64,000 nt of DNA from an uncultured Methylomirabilota bacterium (GTDB taxonomy: Bacteria > Methylomirabilota > Methylomirabilia > Methylomirabilales > 2-02-FULL-66-22): the NCBI GenBank assembly GCA_963705305.1, contig OY970067.1, forward strand, positions 2,368,001 through 2,432,000, in the 5' to 3' direction. This document shows positions 30,748 through 43,533 of this stretch, piece by piece. Both the position numbers and the translations under genes were made by a program. The notes under the pieces are model-generated. The model did not search any database. It worked only from the letters and a program-made list of their open reading frames with translations, and was not told where the DNA came from. How positions within the stretch are numbered: the first letter of the stretch is position 1; each line of letters begins with the position of its first letter.

Positions 30748-30962
30748 TGATCTCGCTTCTGGCTCCGCCGCGGGGATCCGGGGGGGTGGTCAGCCGGAGC
30801 GGAAATGCCGGCCGGCGGCAAGACGCTAGCGCGTCTCCTTCCCCGGTGTCAAGAGGCGGGCGCGCCGGCCGGACCGACGCCGGGGAGAGGTCGGGCGCCG
30901 AGGCCAGGGTCCGGCGGCGGCTCGGCCCGATCCCCGGGACCGGCCGGCCATGGCGATTGTGC

Positions 30963-30992
30963 TTGACACGGAGGGGCGAATCCCCGTAGAAT
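30963..30992 (+). promoter_or_regulatory. sigma70-type promoter of rpsU
   Basis: TTGACA-18 nt-TAGAAT. Confidence 0.6.
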
Positions 30993-31118
30993 CGTTATGC
31001 TTCTGGTTCAGACGGTTCCGTGTTAGTTTTCCCGCGCCGCGAGGACCCAAGCCTTGCGGCGTTTCTTTTTGGACGGCACGGGGGCCTAACGCGGTTGGCA
31101 GTCGGGAGAGGTGGACGC

Positions 31119-31400
31119 ATGGGGTTCCATGAGGGAGTGCCGGGGGACGCCGTTCCCTCCGGCGAGAGGGAGCGGACGCGCCATCGTCCTCTGGAGGTGT
31201 CCGTCGGAGAGCGGGGCGTGGAGGGGGCCATCCGCACCTTGAAGCGCCTGGTCCTCCGGGACGGGATTCTCCAGGAGCTGAAGCGACGGGCCCATTACGA
31301 AAAGCCTGGCGATCGCCGCCGGCGCAAGAAGCGGGAGTCTGTGAGACGCCTTCGCAAGCAGCGCGTGCGGGCCCTCGCCCGCGGTGAGCGCTTCGACTAG
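31119..31400 (+). CDS. rpsU: 30S ribosomal protein S21 with an N-terminal extension
   Basis: 'AIRTLKR..GILQELKRRAHYEKPGDRRRRKK'. Confidence 0.85.
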   Translation: MGFHEGVPGDAVPSGERERTRHRPLEVSVGERGVEGAIRTLKRLVLRDGILQELKRRAHYEKPGDRRRRKKRESVRRLRKQRVRALARGERFD

Positions 31401-32569
31401 TCTAGTGTGTCATAAATACGGTGACTTATAGTACGTACTCTGGTATGCTCCTCGGTGAGGAGGAGCAAGCCATGCGTGTGGCGGTGCCGATTGTGCTGAG
31501 CCCGCAGGAACGCACCATCTTGGAACGCTGGGCACGGGGGCGGCGCACCCCCGCGCGCCTCGTGCGCCGGGCGCAGATCGTCCTGCGCGCGGCGGCGGGG
31601 CAGCGGAACGACGAGGTCGCCCGGGCCCTGGACACGGATCGCGAGTGTGTGGGTCGGTGGCGGACTCGCTTCGCCCAGCAGCGGCTGGCCGGGATCGAGC
31701 GGGATGCCCCGCGCCCCGGCCGGACGCCCGCCATCGCCCCGGCGGTCCTGCAGCGCATCGTCACCCTGACGACAACCAGCGCGCCGCCCGCCGCCACCCA
31801 CTGGAGCACGCGGACCCTGGCGGCCGCGGTCGGCGTGAGCCCGAAGACCGTGCACCGGGTCTGGCAGGCCCACGGCCTGAAGCCGCATCGGGTCCGCCCG
31901 TTCAAGGTGAGCCGCGACCGGCGGTTCCTCGAGAAGCTGACCGATGTGGTGGGGCTGTACCTGAATCCCCCTGAGCACGCGTTGGTGCTGTGCGCCGACG
32001 AGAAGAGCCAGATCCAAGCGCTCGACCGCACCCAACCCGGCCTCCCGCTGAAGAAGGGCCGGTGCGGCACCCTGACCCACGACTACAAGCGGAACGGCAC
32101 GACCACGCTCTTCGCCGCCCTGGGGCTCGTGACGGGCCAGCTCATCGGCACGTGCCTGCCCAAGCATCGGCACCAGGAGTGGCTCCGGTTCCTCCGGCTG
32201 ATCGACGCGCAGACCCCGCCCGACCTGGACCTCCACCTGATCGTGGACAACTACGCCACCCATAAACACCCTGCGGTCCAGCGCTGGCTCGCCCGCCACC
32301 CACGCTTCCACATGCACTTCATTCCGACCAGCAGCTCGTGGTTGAATCTCATCGAGCGGTGGTTCCGGGAGCTCACGACCAAGCGGCTCCGCCGGGGCGT
32401 CTTCAAGAGCGTCGCCGACCTCATCGCCGCCATTGAGGCCTTCATCGCACACCACAACCGCCACCCCCGGTCGTTCACCTGGACGGCCAAGGTGGAGGAC
32501 ATCCTGGCGAAAGTCGAGCGGGCTCGAGCAGTGCTGCATAAGATGGCATCTGTGTGACACGGTAGACTA
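31398..32569 (+). mobile_element. complete IS630-family insertion sequence
   Basis: imperfect TIRs TCTAGTGTGTCATA / TGTGACACGGTAGA, each flanked by CTAG (31397-31400, 32567-32570). Confidence 0.9.
31472..32557 (+). CDS. IS630 transposase
   Basis: '[14 protein letters not shown]', 'DYKRNGT', 'IVDNYATHK', '[11 protein letters not shown]'. Confidence 0.95.
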   Translation: MRVAVPIVLSPQERTILERWARGRRTPARLVRRAQIVLRAAAGQRNDEVARALDTDRECVGRWRTRFAQQRLAGIERDAPRPGRTPAIAPAVLQRIVTLTTTSAPPAATHWSTRTLAAAVGVSPKTVHRVWQAHGLKPHRVRPFKVSRDRRFLEKLTDVVGLYLNPPEHALVLCADEKSQIQALDRTQPGLPLKKGRCGTLTHDYKRNGTTTLFAALGLVTGQLIGTCLPKHRHQEWLRFLRLIDAQTPPDLDLHLIVDNYATHKHPAVQRWLARHPRFHMHFIPTSSSWLNLIERWFRELTTKRLRRGVFKSVADLIAAIEAFIAHHNRHPRSFTWTAKVEDILAKVERARAVLHKMASV

Positions 32570-32692
32570 GGACCGGGGCAAGCGCGCCTCGGACCGGGGG
32601 CGGGGGGAGCGGCCGCCGACCGGAGCTGGCAGGGACGGTCTTCCGCTCGCCAGAGGACATCGCCGGGTGGCCGGCAAAGGGGGTTCGGGACC

Positions 32693-33004
32693 ATGGGGAC
32701 GAGGCTGTACGTTGGGAATCTGCCGTTTAGCACCGACGAGGCGCAGCTCCGCGAACTGTTCCAGGAAGGCGGGCGCCAAGTCACCGAAGTCAAGATCATC
32801 ACCGATCGGGACACCGGTCGGCCTCGGGGCTTCGCCTTCGTGGAGATGGCCAACCAGGCGGACGCCGACGGGGCGGTGAACGCGCTGAACGGCCGGGAGT
32901 TCGGCGGTCGGGCGCTGACGGTGAACGAGGCGCGCGAGCAGGCTCCGCGCCGGGGCGGCGGCGGCGGCGGATTCGGCGGCGGCCGCGGTCGTCGGGAGTT
33001 CTGA
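32693..33004 (+). CDS. RRM RNA-binding protein with Gly-rich tail
   Basis: RNP2 'LYVGNL', RNP1 'RGFAFVEM'. Confidence 0.95.
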   Translation: MGTRLYVGNLPFSTDEAQLRELFQEGGRQVTEVKIITDRDTGRPRGFAFVEMANQADADGAVNALNGREFGGRALTVNEAREQAPRRGGGGGGFGGGRGRREF

Positions 33005-33093
33005 GCAGCCGGGAGAATTCGCACCATCGCTGTCAGGCCGTCCGGCTCTCACCCCCTGCCTCTGCGATCGCGTCGTCTTGAGGGGGAGGGGCC

Positions 33094-33609
33094 ATGGCGT
33101 GCGTGTTTTGCGAGATCCGGGACGGCAGGCTGCCGTGCGTTCCGGTGGCCGGGAACGACTGTGCGTTCGGGATCATGGACATCAACCCGCTGGCCGAGGG
33201 GCACGTCCTGATCCTGGGCAGAGTTCATGCCCGGACCCTCTTCGACATCCCGGAGGGGGATCTGGCGGACACGGCGTGACTGGCCCAGCGGGCGGCCCTC
33301 GCCATCCGGAGCGCGCTCCAGCCGGACGGTCTGACCGTGGTGCAGGCCAATGACGCGGTGGCCCTCCAGACCATCCCACACTCTCACATCCATCGGATTC
33401 CCCGTTGGGTTGGAGACGGCAGGGGTGGGGGCTGGGACCGGGTTCCGGGCCACGCGGTGGCCCTCCAGACCATCCCACACTCTCACATCCATCGGATTCC
33501 CCGTTGGGTTGGAGACGGCAGGGGCTTCGACTGGGACCGGGTTCCGGGCGATGCCGACCGGCTTCACCTCGTGGCGGAACGGATCCGGGCAGCCCTCGGC
33601 CGGACTTGA
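33094..33609 (+). pseudogene. HIT-family hydrolase with an in-frame TGA and an internal 99-bp duplication
   Basis: 'CVFC', 'DINPLAEGHVLI', TGA at 33277-33279; HxHxH-type 'HSHIH' present twice. Confidence 0.75.
33353..33549 (+). repeat. 99-bp tandem duplication
   Basis: near-identical copies start at 33353 and 33452. Confidence 0.9.
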
Positions 33610-33659
33610 CACGAGTCCGGGATCGGGCTAGGGTAGCCCGGCGGCCGCGGGGGAAACCT

Positions 33660-34523
33660 ATGGCGTGGTTCAAGAAAGAGCCCCTCGTCAGCTCCAAGGA
33701 AGGCCGGGCCCGGATGCCCGAAGGGCTCTGGATCAAGTGCGACGAGTGTAAGGAGATCATCTACAAACAGGAGCTGGAGCGGAACGCCAACGTCTGTCCG
33801 CGCTGCCAGCATCACTTCCGCCTCGGCGCCTGGGCCCGGGTCGAATTGCTGGCGGATCCCGGGAGCTTCCAGGAGCAGGACGCCGCTCTCCATTCGGTCG
33901 ACCCCCTCGGCTTCAAGGATCAAAAGAGCTATCCTGATCGCATCAAGGCCGCCCAGAAGGCCACCGGGATGCTGGAGGCCATCGTGGCGGGGCTGGCCAC
34001 GCTGGGCGGGCATCCGGTGAGCCTCTGCGCCCTGGAGTTCGGCTTCCTGGGGGGCAGTATGGGATCGGTCGTCGGGGAGAAGATCACGCGGGCGATCGAG
34101 CGGGCCCTGGAGCGGCGGATCCCATTTATCGCCGTCTCCTGCTCCGGCGGGGCGCGCATGCAGGAGAGCGCCCTCTCCCTCATGCAGATGGCCAAGACCA
34201 GCGCGGCCCTGGGCCGCCTGGCGCAGGCCGGACTGCCGTACATCTCGGTCCTGACGGATCCCACCACGGGCGGCGTGACGGCGAGCTACGCCATGCTGGG
34301 CGACGTGCTGATCGCCGAGCCCAGGGCCCTCATCGGGTTCGCCGGACCGCGGGTCATCCAGGACACCATCCGGCAAGAGCTTCCGCCGGGTTTTCAGCGC
34401 GCGGAGTTCCTGCTGGAGCATGGCTTCGTGGACATGATCGTGGAGCGCAGGAATATGCGAACGGTGCTGATCCAGCTCCTCGATTTCTTTGCCGGAACGC
34501 CGGCCCAGCCGGCGGACCGGTAG
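33660..34523 (+). CDS. accD: acetyl-CoA carboxylase carboxyltransferase beta subunit
   Basis: 'GLWIKC..C', '[11 protein letters not shown]', 'SGGARMQE', 'PTTGGVTAS'. Confidence 0.97.
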   Translation: MAWFKKEPLVSSKEGRARMPEGLWIKCDECKEIIYKQELERNANVCPRCQHHFRLGAWARVELLADPGSFQEQDAALHSVDPLGFKDQKSYPDRIKAAQKATGMLEAIVAGLATLGGHPVSLCALEFGFLGGSMGSVVGEKITRAIERALERRIPFIAVSCSGGARMQESALSLMQMAKTSAALGRLAQAGLPYISVLTDPTTGGVTASYAMLGDVLIAEPRALIGFAGPRVIQDTIRQELPPGFQRAEFLLEHGFVDMIVERRNMRTVLIQLLDFFAGTPAQPADR

Positions 34524-34601
34524 GGCCCTCCGCCTCGACCGCCCGCAGATGATGCCGCCCTCCGGCTTCCGGGGACCCCGCCAGCATCCAGGACCACGCG
34601 C

Positions 34602-35924
34602 GTGACCTACGCCGAGGCAACCCGTTACCTGTTCGGCCTGCGACGCTTTGGATGGCGCCCGGGGCTCGGGACCATCCGGCGCCTGATGGAGCTCTTGGGC
34701 GATCCCCAGGCCGGCCTCCCCTGCGTCCACGTCGGCGGGACCAACGGCAAGGGCTCCACGTCGGCCATGCTGAGCGCGATTCTCCAGGCCGGCGGGTACC
34801 GGACCGGCCTGTACACCTCGCCCCACCTGCTGAGCTTCACGGAACGGATCCGGGTGAACGGGGAGCCCATCGGGGAGGCGGAGGTGGCCCGGCTGACGAC
34901 CGAGATCACCGCGCTGTGCAGCGCGCATTTCGCGGCGGAGACCGTTCCCCCCCTCCCGCCGAGCAGCTGCCCCATCCGACGTTCTTCGAGTTGACCACGG
35001 CCATGGCGTTCCAGCACTTCGCCCGGCGCGGCGTGGAGGCGGCGGTGATCGAGGTGGGCCTGGGGGGCCGGCTGGACGCCACCAATGTCATCAGGCCGCG
35101 CGCCGTGGTCATCACCAACGTGTCCCTGGAGCACGAAGAGTACCTGGGCCGGACGCTGCCCGAGATTGCGGCCGAGAAGGCGGGCATCATCAAGCCCGGC
35201 GTTCCCGTGTTCACCGGGGCGGGCGGGGACGCCCTGGGGGTGATCCGGCAGGCGGCCGCGCGCGTCGGGGCGCCGCTGACCGAGATCGCCCTGCGCTGCC
35301 GCTGGACCGTTCGGGAGTCCGGGCTCGCCGGCCAGACTTTCGACCTGTGGAGCCCCAACCGGCAGTATGCGGCCCTCCACATCCCCCTGGCCGGCCGCCA
35401 CCAGATCGAGAACGCGGCCGCCGCCGTCGTCGTCGCCGAAGCCCTGGAGGTCCAGGGCTTCCGGCTGGACGAAGCGGCGATTCGCCGCGGCCTCTCCGAG
35501 ACCCGCTGGCCCGGCCGGATTCAAGTCATTCCCGGTCGTCCGCGAATCCTCCTGGACGGCGCCCACAATCCGGCCGGGGTCCAGGCCCTGGCGGGTTTCC
35601 TGGCGGAGCAGCGGGCCGGCCTCCATCGCCTCATCCTGGTCTTCGGCGTCCTGCGGGACAAGGACTGGAGGGCCATGCTGGCGCTCCTGACGCCCTTGGC
35701 GGACCAGGTCATCCTGACCCAGCCGCCGGCAGAGCGGGGGGCCGATCCCCGCGCGCTGGTGACCGCCGATCCGTCACTGGCCAGGGCAACCGTGGCCGCG
35801 GATCCTGCCGAGGGGCTGGCCGCGGCCCGGGCCGCGGCGGGCCCCGAGGACACCATCCTGGTTACGGGGTCCCTCTACACGGTCGGGGCCGCGTTGCGGG
35901 CGCTCGAACGTCGCAGTCGCCTAA
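34602..35924 (+). CDS. folC: folylpolyglutamate/dihydrofolate synthase; frameshifts at a C-run (~34950) and at ~35907
   Basis: 'HVGGTNGKGST', 'TSPHL..FTERI', 'EVGLGGRLDATN', 'DGAHN', 'GSLY'. Confidence 0.9.
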
Positions 35925-36058
35925 TCCCCGCCGCCGGCCGGCCCCTCCCAGACCGGGAAACTCCTTTTGTCCCCCCGGGCGGTATGGTAACATCCAACGG
36001 CACGCCGGGCGGAACATGGCATGTCCGGCCCGGCTCGTGCCGGCAGCAGGAGGAGCGC

Positions 36059-37489
36059 ATGGCTCCGCGACAGACCGCACCGCACCCCACGAATTTCCGC
36101 GACCTCTGCGCCGTCGTGATGGCGGCCGGGCAGGGCACCCGGATGCGCTCCGACCTCGTCAAGGTGCTCCATCCTCTGGGAGGTCTGCCCATGGTCGGCC
36201 ATGTCCTGGACCTCCTGCGCCGGAAAGGGGTCAAGCGGACGCTGGTCGTGATCGGCCATCAGGCCGAGCGGGTCCGGCAGGCCCTGGCCCCGCTGGCCGA
36301 CGGGATCGAGTTCGTCCTCCAGGCGGACCAGCGGGGGACCGCGCACGCCGTCCTCCAGACGGAGGCGGCCCTGCGGGGGTTCGAGGGAGATGTCCTGGTC
36401 CTCAACGGGGACGTGCCGCTCTTGACCGATGCTCTGCTGGATCGGCTGGTGGCCACCCACCGCCAGAGCCGGGCTCGGGCCACGATCGTGACCACCCGGC
36501 TGAAGGATCCGCAGGGATACGGGCGGGTGCTGCGGGACCGACGGAGGGCCTTCCGCGCCATCGTGGAGGAGGCCGAGGCCACGGCGGCCCAGCGGCGCGT
36601 GGCGGAGATCAACGCAGGAATCTACTGCTTCCGGGGGCCGCAGCTGTTCGCCGCCCTGCAGCGCGTCAAGCCCTCCGCCGTGAAGGGCGAGCTGTACTTG
36701 CCCGAGGTGCTGCCGATCCTCCGTCGGGGCGACGGACGGATCGCCACGGTCCTGGCGGAGGATCCCCGGGAGGCGCTGGGCATCAACACGCGGGCCGAGC
36801 TGGCGGAGGCTATCGACGTGCTGCGCCGGCGCGTCGTCGAGCGCCTCATGTGCGAGGGGGTGACCTGCCTGGATCCGGCCACCACCTACGTATCGGTCTT
36901 GGCCGCCGTGGGGCAGGACACGACCCTGTACCCGCATGTGCAGATCGAGGGCCGCACGACGATCGGCCGGGGCTGCGTCGTCCACGCCGGCAGCCGCATC
37001 CGCGACTCCTGGCTGGGCGACCGCGTGGCGGTGCTGGATGGCTGCATCGTCCTGGACAGCGAGGTGGCCGACGACTGCGTCCTGGGGCCGTACGCCCATC
37101 TGCGCCCCCAGAGCCGGGTGCGCAAGAAGGCCAAGGTGGGCAACTTCGTCGAGGTCAAGAAGTCGGTGATCGGGGAAGGATCGAAGGTCCCGCACCTGAC
37201 CTACGTGGGGGATGCCACCGTCGGCGAGCGGGTTAACATCGGGGCCGGGACGATCACCTGCAACTACGACGGCTTTGCCAAGCACCAGACCGTCATCGAG
37301 GACGGCGCCTTCATCGGCAGCAATGCCAGTCTGGTGGCCCCGGTCAGGATCGGCCGGGGGGCCATCGTCGCCGCCGGCTCCACGATCACCCAGGAGGTGG
37401 GGCCGGACGACCTGGCCCTGGGGCGGGCCCAGCAGGTGAACAAGCCGGGCCGGGCGGCGGAGTGGCGAAAGCAGCGGGGCCGGGGCTGA
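36059..37489 (+). CDS. glmU: bifunctional GlmU
   Basis: 'AAGQGTRMRS..KVLH', hexapeptide repeats, 'GNFVEVK', 'TCNYDG'; AGGAGGAG RBS. Confidence 0.97.
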   Translation: MAPRQTAPHPTNFRDLCAVVMAAGQGTRMRSDLVKVLHPLGGLPMVGHVLDLLRRKGVKRTLVVIGHQAERVRQALAPLADGIEFVLQADQRGTAHAVLQTEAALRGFEGDVLVLNGDVPLLTDALLDRLVATHRQSRARATIVTTRLKDPQGYGRVLRDRRRAFRAIVEEAEATAAQRRVAEINAGIYCFRGPQLFAALQRVKPSAVKGELYLPEVLPILRRGDGRIATVLAEDPREALGINTRAELAEAIDVLRRRVVERLMCEGVTCLDPATTYVSVLAAVGQDTTLYPHVQIEGRTTIGRGCVVHAGSRIRDSWLGDRVAVLDGCIVLDSEVADDCVLGPYAHLRPQSRVRKKAKVGNFVEVKKSVIGEGSKVPHLTYVGDATVGERVNIGAGTITCNYDGFAKHQTVIEDGAFIGSNASLVAPVRIGRGAIVAAGSTITQEVGPDDLALGRAQQVNKPGRAAEWRKQRGRG

Positions 37490-37518
37490 ACGGGACGTCG
37501 GGTGGATCCTTCGGAAAC

Positions 37519-38523
37519 ATGCCCAGGATCGTGACCCTGGGGGGACGATCGGGCCCCTCGCTGGTCGTGCAGGGGTTTCAAGACTCCGGGTGGTCGGTGA
37601 CCGCCCTGGTGGCCACGACCGATTCCGGCAGCAGCACCGGGGTCATCCGCGAGCAGTTCGGCATCCCGGCCCCGGGAGATATCCGGAGCGTCCTGGCCGG
37701 TGCGGCGGCCCCCTCCCCAGATCTCCGGCCGCTGGCGGACCTGTTTGAGTACCGCTTCCGTCCCGCCCGGGACAGCAGCCTCCGCAACATGGCACTGGGG
37801 AATCTCATCCTCGCGGCTCTGACCGAGGTGTGCGGGGGTTTCGAGGCGGCCGTCGAGGCGGCGGCCCGGATGCTGGGATGCTGGGTCCGGGTGCTGCCGG
37901 TTCCCTCGACGCCCACCATCCTGTCGGCCCGGCTGGCGGACGGCTCGACGGTGCGGGGAGAGGCCCACGTCCGGGCCACAGGCAAGCCGCCGATCGCCGA
38001 GGTGTTCTTGGAGCCGCGGGAGGTGCGGGTGGCGGAGGCTTGCCTCCGGGCCCTCGCGGAGGCGGACCTGGTGGTCTTCGGGCCGGGCGGGCTGTACTGC
38101 AGCGTGCTGCCCAGCCTCTTGCCGGCCCCCGTGCGGGAAGCCATCCGGGACACCCGGGCCAAGACGGCCTACATCTGCAACACCACGACGCAGCCCGGCC
38201 AGACGGACGGCTTCGACCCGGTCGCCCACGTGCGGGAGATCCTGCGGTACCTGGGCGCAGGCCATCTGGATTACGCACTGCTGAACATCCAGATTCCTCC
38301 AGAGGATATGGTGGCGACGTACCGGGCGGAGGAGGTGCACTTCATGGGCGTCTCGCCCGAGGACATCGAGCGGGTCCGGGCGCTGGGCCCCGTTCCGGTC
38401 GTGGGGAACTTTGTGGAGGAGGGCTGGCAGGGCAGGCGGACGCTCCACAAGCTGGACACGATCCGCCACGACCCGAAGAAGGTGGCCGCCGCCCTGCAGG
38501 GGCTGGTGACCGGCAAGAGCTAA
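37519..38523 (+). CDS. yvcK: YvcK/GlmR (UPF0052, CofD-like) protein
   Basis: '[11 protein letters not shown]', 'PAPGDIR', 'LGNLILAAL', 'GPGGLY', 'TQPGQTDG'. Confidence 0.8.
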   Translation: MPRIVTLGGRSGPSLVVQGFQDSGWSVTALVATTDSGSSTGVIREQFGIPAPGDIRSVLAGAAAPSPDLRPLADLFEYRFRPARDSSLRNMALGNLILAALTEVCGGFEAAVEAAARMLGCWVRVLPVPSTPTILSARLADGSTVRGEAHVRATGKPPIAEVFLEPREVRVAEACLRALAEADLVVFGPGGLYCSVLPSLLPAPVREAIRDTRAKTAYICNTTTQPGQTDGFDPVAHVREILRYLGAGHLDYALLNIQIPPEDMVATYRAEEVHFMGVSPEDIERVRALGPVPVVGNFVEEGWQGRRTLHKLDTIRHDPKKVAAALQGLVTGKS

Positions 38524-38588
38524 CGCTATTCAATTTCGAAATTCGAATTTCTCTTGGCGTCATGGCGGTTCAGGGGGAGGGGAATCCC

Positions 38589-39599
38589 ATGCGATATCGC
38601 AGATTTGGGGGGATCGACCTGGAGGCCTCGGAGGTGGGCTTCGGGGTCTGGACGGTCGGGACGCCCATGTGGGGAATCACGGACGAGGCGATGGGGATCC
38701 GGCTGTTGCAGCGGGCCCTCGACCTGGGGATCACCTTCTACGATACGGCCGACGTCTACGGCGACGGCCTGGGCGAGACCCTCTTGGCCAGGGCCTTTCA
38801 GGGGCGGCGCGACCTGGTCGTCTACTCGACCAAGTTCGGATATGATTTCACCACGCATCCCGGCGTGCAGCCGGGGCAGCGCGAGCGGCCGCAGGATTGG
38901 AGCCCGGCCTACCTGCGCCGGGCCTGCGAGGCCAGTCTCCGTCGCCTCCAGACGGATCGGGTCGACCTGTACCAGCTGCATAACCCGCGAATCGATACCC
39001 TGCGGCGGGATGACCTGTTCGAAGAGCTGGACCGGCTGAAGGGTGAGGGGAAGGTCGGCCACTACGGCGCGACGCTGGGTCCGGCCATCGACCTGCGCCA
39101 GGCCGAGGAAGGCCGCGTATGTGTGGCAGAGCGGCGGATGACCACGCAGATCATCTACAACATGCTGGAGCAGCAGATCGGGCGGCCGCTGGTCCCCCTG
39201 GCCAAGCAGCATGGCGTCGGCCTGATGGTGCGCGTGCCCCACTCCTCGGGCCTGCTGGAGGGGCGCTATTCGCGGGAGACGACCTTCGGCAAGGACGACC
39301 ACCGTTTCTTCCGGGTGAACACGGACGAGCGCAAGCGGGCCTGGCTGGATCAGGGCCTCCGGAAGGTGGCGAGGCTGGAATTCCTCACCCGCGGCACGGG
39401 GCGGACGATGGCCCAGGCGGCCATCCGCTGGATTCTGGCCGAGCCGTGCTTTGCCTGCGTTTTGCCCAACATCTACAGCGAGGAGCAGCTGGTCGAATTT
39501 GCCGGGGCCTCCGATGTTCCGGACCTTACCTCGGACGAGCTGGGGCAGGTGGCCGACCTGTACGAGCGGGACTTCGACCTGGCGGAGCAAAGGGCATAG
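38589..39599 (+). CDS. aldo/keto reductase
   Basis: '[11 protein letters not shown]', '[17 protein letters not shown]'. Confidence 0.9.
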   Translation: MRYRRFGGIDLEASEVGFGVWTVGTPMWGITDEAMGIRLLQRALDLGITFYDTADVYGDGLGETLLARAFQGRRDLVVYSTKFGYDFTTHPGVQPGQRERPQDWSPAYLRRACEASLRRLQTDRVDLYQLHNPRIDTLRRDDLFEELDRLKGEGKVGHYGATLGPAIDLRQAEEGRVCVAERRMTTQIIYNMLEQQIGRPLVPLAKQHGVGLMVRVPHSSGLLEGRYSRETTFGKDDHRFFRVNTDERKRAWLDQGLRKVARLEFLTRGTGRTMAQAAIRWILAEPCFACVLPNIYSEEQLVEFAGASDVPDLTSDELGQVADLYERDFDLAEQRA

Positions 39600-39653
39600 G
39601 GCAAAGAGCCAAGGGCAAGGAGCCAAGGGCAAAGAGCCAAGGGCAAAGAGCAG
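39591..39653. repeat. heptamer tandem repeat (agggcaa/agagcca, about 9 units)
   Basis: 7-nt periodicity between the AKR gene and glmS. Confidence 0.8.
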
Positions 39654-39707
39654 AGGGGCCTCTGCGCCACGCCCTTCGCGCCATGCCTCACAGACAAGGG
39701 GTGCGTG

Positions 39708-41544
<1,837 letters not shown>

Positions 41545-41570
41545 CGGGACAGCGCCGCCGCCGGCATCCG

Positions 41571-41940
41571 TGAACAGTGGGTTAACGACCAGATCATGAG
41601 CAAAAGTCCGTGAGGAAAATGGGTGACACTCCGACACCGAGGTTCCCAGGAGGAACCGAAAGGAGTGTGACCCATGGAGAGGATCGGCAAGGCAGGAGGG
41701 AAACGGAAGCAGAGCCGGGGGCCGCGGAAGGCAACGCGGCGGGCTGGTGGGGCGCACCCCCACGTCCACCCGTTCGAGGTCCGGCGCAAAGCGGTGCAGC
41801 TCTGCCTGGAGGAAGGCTTCCCCGTCGACCAGGGGGCCCGTGAACTCGGAGTCGGCTTTAGTACGCTAGGGGCGTGGGTGCGCAGGTATCGCGCCCAGGG
41901 GGAAGCGGGCCTGCAGGCGAAGCCGACCGGGCGGGGAACG
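41571..41940 (+). mobile_element. truncated transposase N-terminal HTH remnant with a probable element end
   Basis: 'FEVRRKAVQLCLEEG..ARELGVGFSTLGAWVRRYRAQGEAGL'; sequence character changes at TG 41571. Confidence 0.65.
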
Positions 41941-41949
41941 GGCGCCGCG

Positions 41950-42867
41950 GGCGCGCGCGCTCGATCCGGGCCGCGGCCTTGTGCCGGCTGGCCGCAATGA
42001 ACCGGGCCGATCGGTGCTGCACGTCGGCGCGCGACCGGTGCGTGACCCGGGCTCAGACCTTCGCCTGCCAGCGGCCGTTGCAGTTCTCGATGGCGGCCTG
42101 GAACCCCGTCTCCCGCGGCGGGACGAAGACGGGGATCACCCCGAGGCTCAGGCAGAGGCGGGGGACTTGACCGAGCGTGTCCGGGTGCACCTGGGCCCCC
42201 TGGAAGCCGGGGTTGTTATCGAACTGCGCGTAGGTCGGCAGCCCAACGTCCCGCCAGTGCGCGACGAGGGCCTCCACCGTGCCGGCGGCGGTGATCGCCG
42301 CCCGGGGCCACGCCGCCCCCAGCCCCCCGTGCAGCGAGAGCCCCGTGAGGGCCTCGACGGCTACCCCGCCCTGGATCACGAGCCCCTCGATGGTGTCGAA
42401 GGCGTCCAGCTCGGCCTGCGCGGCTGCGAGGTCAGGCAGGGATCCCAGCCCGGTGGGGGCGCCGGATGCCGCCGGCGGTGCCGGCCATCGAGCGCCCCCC
42501 GGCGGGCCAGGATCCGGCCGAGGGTGCGCACCGAGGGCACCGCGGGGCCCCCACGCTCCCGCAAGGCCGCCTGGATGGCGGGCGCACCGAACTCGCCGAG
42601 GTCGCTGGCCTGCTGGAGCTCGACGCGCAGCCGGAGGACGACGTCCTCCAGCGCCCGGGGGACCCGATTCCCCGGCGTCCGCGGGCCGCGGGGGCGATCC
42701 GTCCAGGCCACGCGGGCCAACCGAGCGGTCCCGGCGCGCCGCGTCCAGAAGAGGACCGTGGATGGGGCGACTTGAAATTCCCGCGCGACTTCTCGAAGCG
42801 GGGTCCCGCGCCGCACCCCTGCCACCATTTGCCGACGACGCTTCTCAGTGTTGGTTTTTTTGATCAT
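41950..42867 (-). pseudogene. degenerate DDE transposase (IS481/rve-like)
   Basis: HTH 'LREVAREFQVAPSTV', core 'QFDN', 'FQAAIENCNGRWQ'; frameshifts and an internal stop. Confidence 0.7.
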
Positions 42868-42914
42868 GGCAGTCTCCCTAGCCAGTGGCTGACCGCCATG
42901 CTACTCACATCGCT

Positions 42915-42962
42915 ACTGTTCGACAATTGCTGGCACTCAACTGTTCGATATTTGCCGCCACT
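42915..42962. repeat. two 23-bp imperfect direct repeats, probably transposase-binding sites
   Basis: actgttcgacaattgctggcact / actgttcgatatttgccgccact upstream of the transposase. Confidence 0.6.
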
Positions 42963-43218
42963 TGGCCCATTATATGTCAAATGTTTCCATCGACACCACC
43001 ACGGAGTCCTGGCGACCCACCGGAGAAATCCTTGCAGCTCATGCCAAAGTGGCCCGGCGCTCCAGACCTGGCAGGATCACGCCGTGGACGGCTTGCAGGC
43101 CATGACGTTCTGCTTAGCGGAGCGTGGCGAGGCGGACGGGGGAGGATGTGAGAGGTATTGCAGCGGACTGTGTCAGTCAAGACGAAAGAATGGGGAGCCG
43201 GGTTGGGGCAGCGGTCGA

Positions 43219-43533
43219 TTAGGCGGCGGCCACATCCACGGTCAGCTTCAAACCTGCTTCATCCACCAATTCCTGAAGGGCCAGCCGGACGAACTGGGGC
43301 TCCGAGCGGCCCAGGATCCTGGCGAAGCGGGCCGCGCGCTCGGGGCTGACCACCTTCCGCCCCTTCTCGATGTCGCATAGGTGGGAGGCGGAGATCCGGA
43401 GCTTCCTCGCAAACTCGGCCTGGGACATCTCCTCTCCGAGGCGAATGGACTCCAGCAGTCCCCCCAACGTCAGGGGGCGGCCCGCGGCATTCTCCAGAAA
43501 CTTCATCGTGTCGCTCTTCGGCCTAGTACGCAT
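43219..43533 (-). CDS. XRE/HTH antitoxin (HigA-like)
   Basis: 'SQAEFARKLRISASHLCDIEKGR'; overlaps the upstream toxin. Confidence 0.85.
   Translation of the reverse strand: MRTRPKSDTMKFLENAAGRPLTLGGLLESIRLGEEMSQAEFARKLRISASHLCDIEKGRKVVSPERAARFARILGRSEPQFVRLALQELVDEAGLKLTVDVAAA

Noticed and set aside
33277..33279. Selenocysteine read-through of the TGA in the HIT gene
   Set aside because: The position is not a Cys site in HIT proteins and I see no convincing SECIS hairpin; CGA>TGA is simpler.
33353..33549. CRISPR array
   Set aside because: Only two adjacent copies, with no spacers and no cas genes; the heptamer arrays also lack spacers.
34652..37489. Apparent 945-aa FolC-GlmU fusion
   Set aside because: Removing one A at ~35907 restores a folC stop at 35922-35924, and glmU has its own strong RBS and ATG at 36059.
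39600..39707. glmS ribozyme
   Set aside because: The spacer is short and filled by heptamer repeats, with no recognisable core motif.
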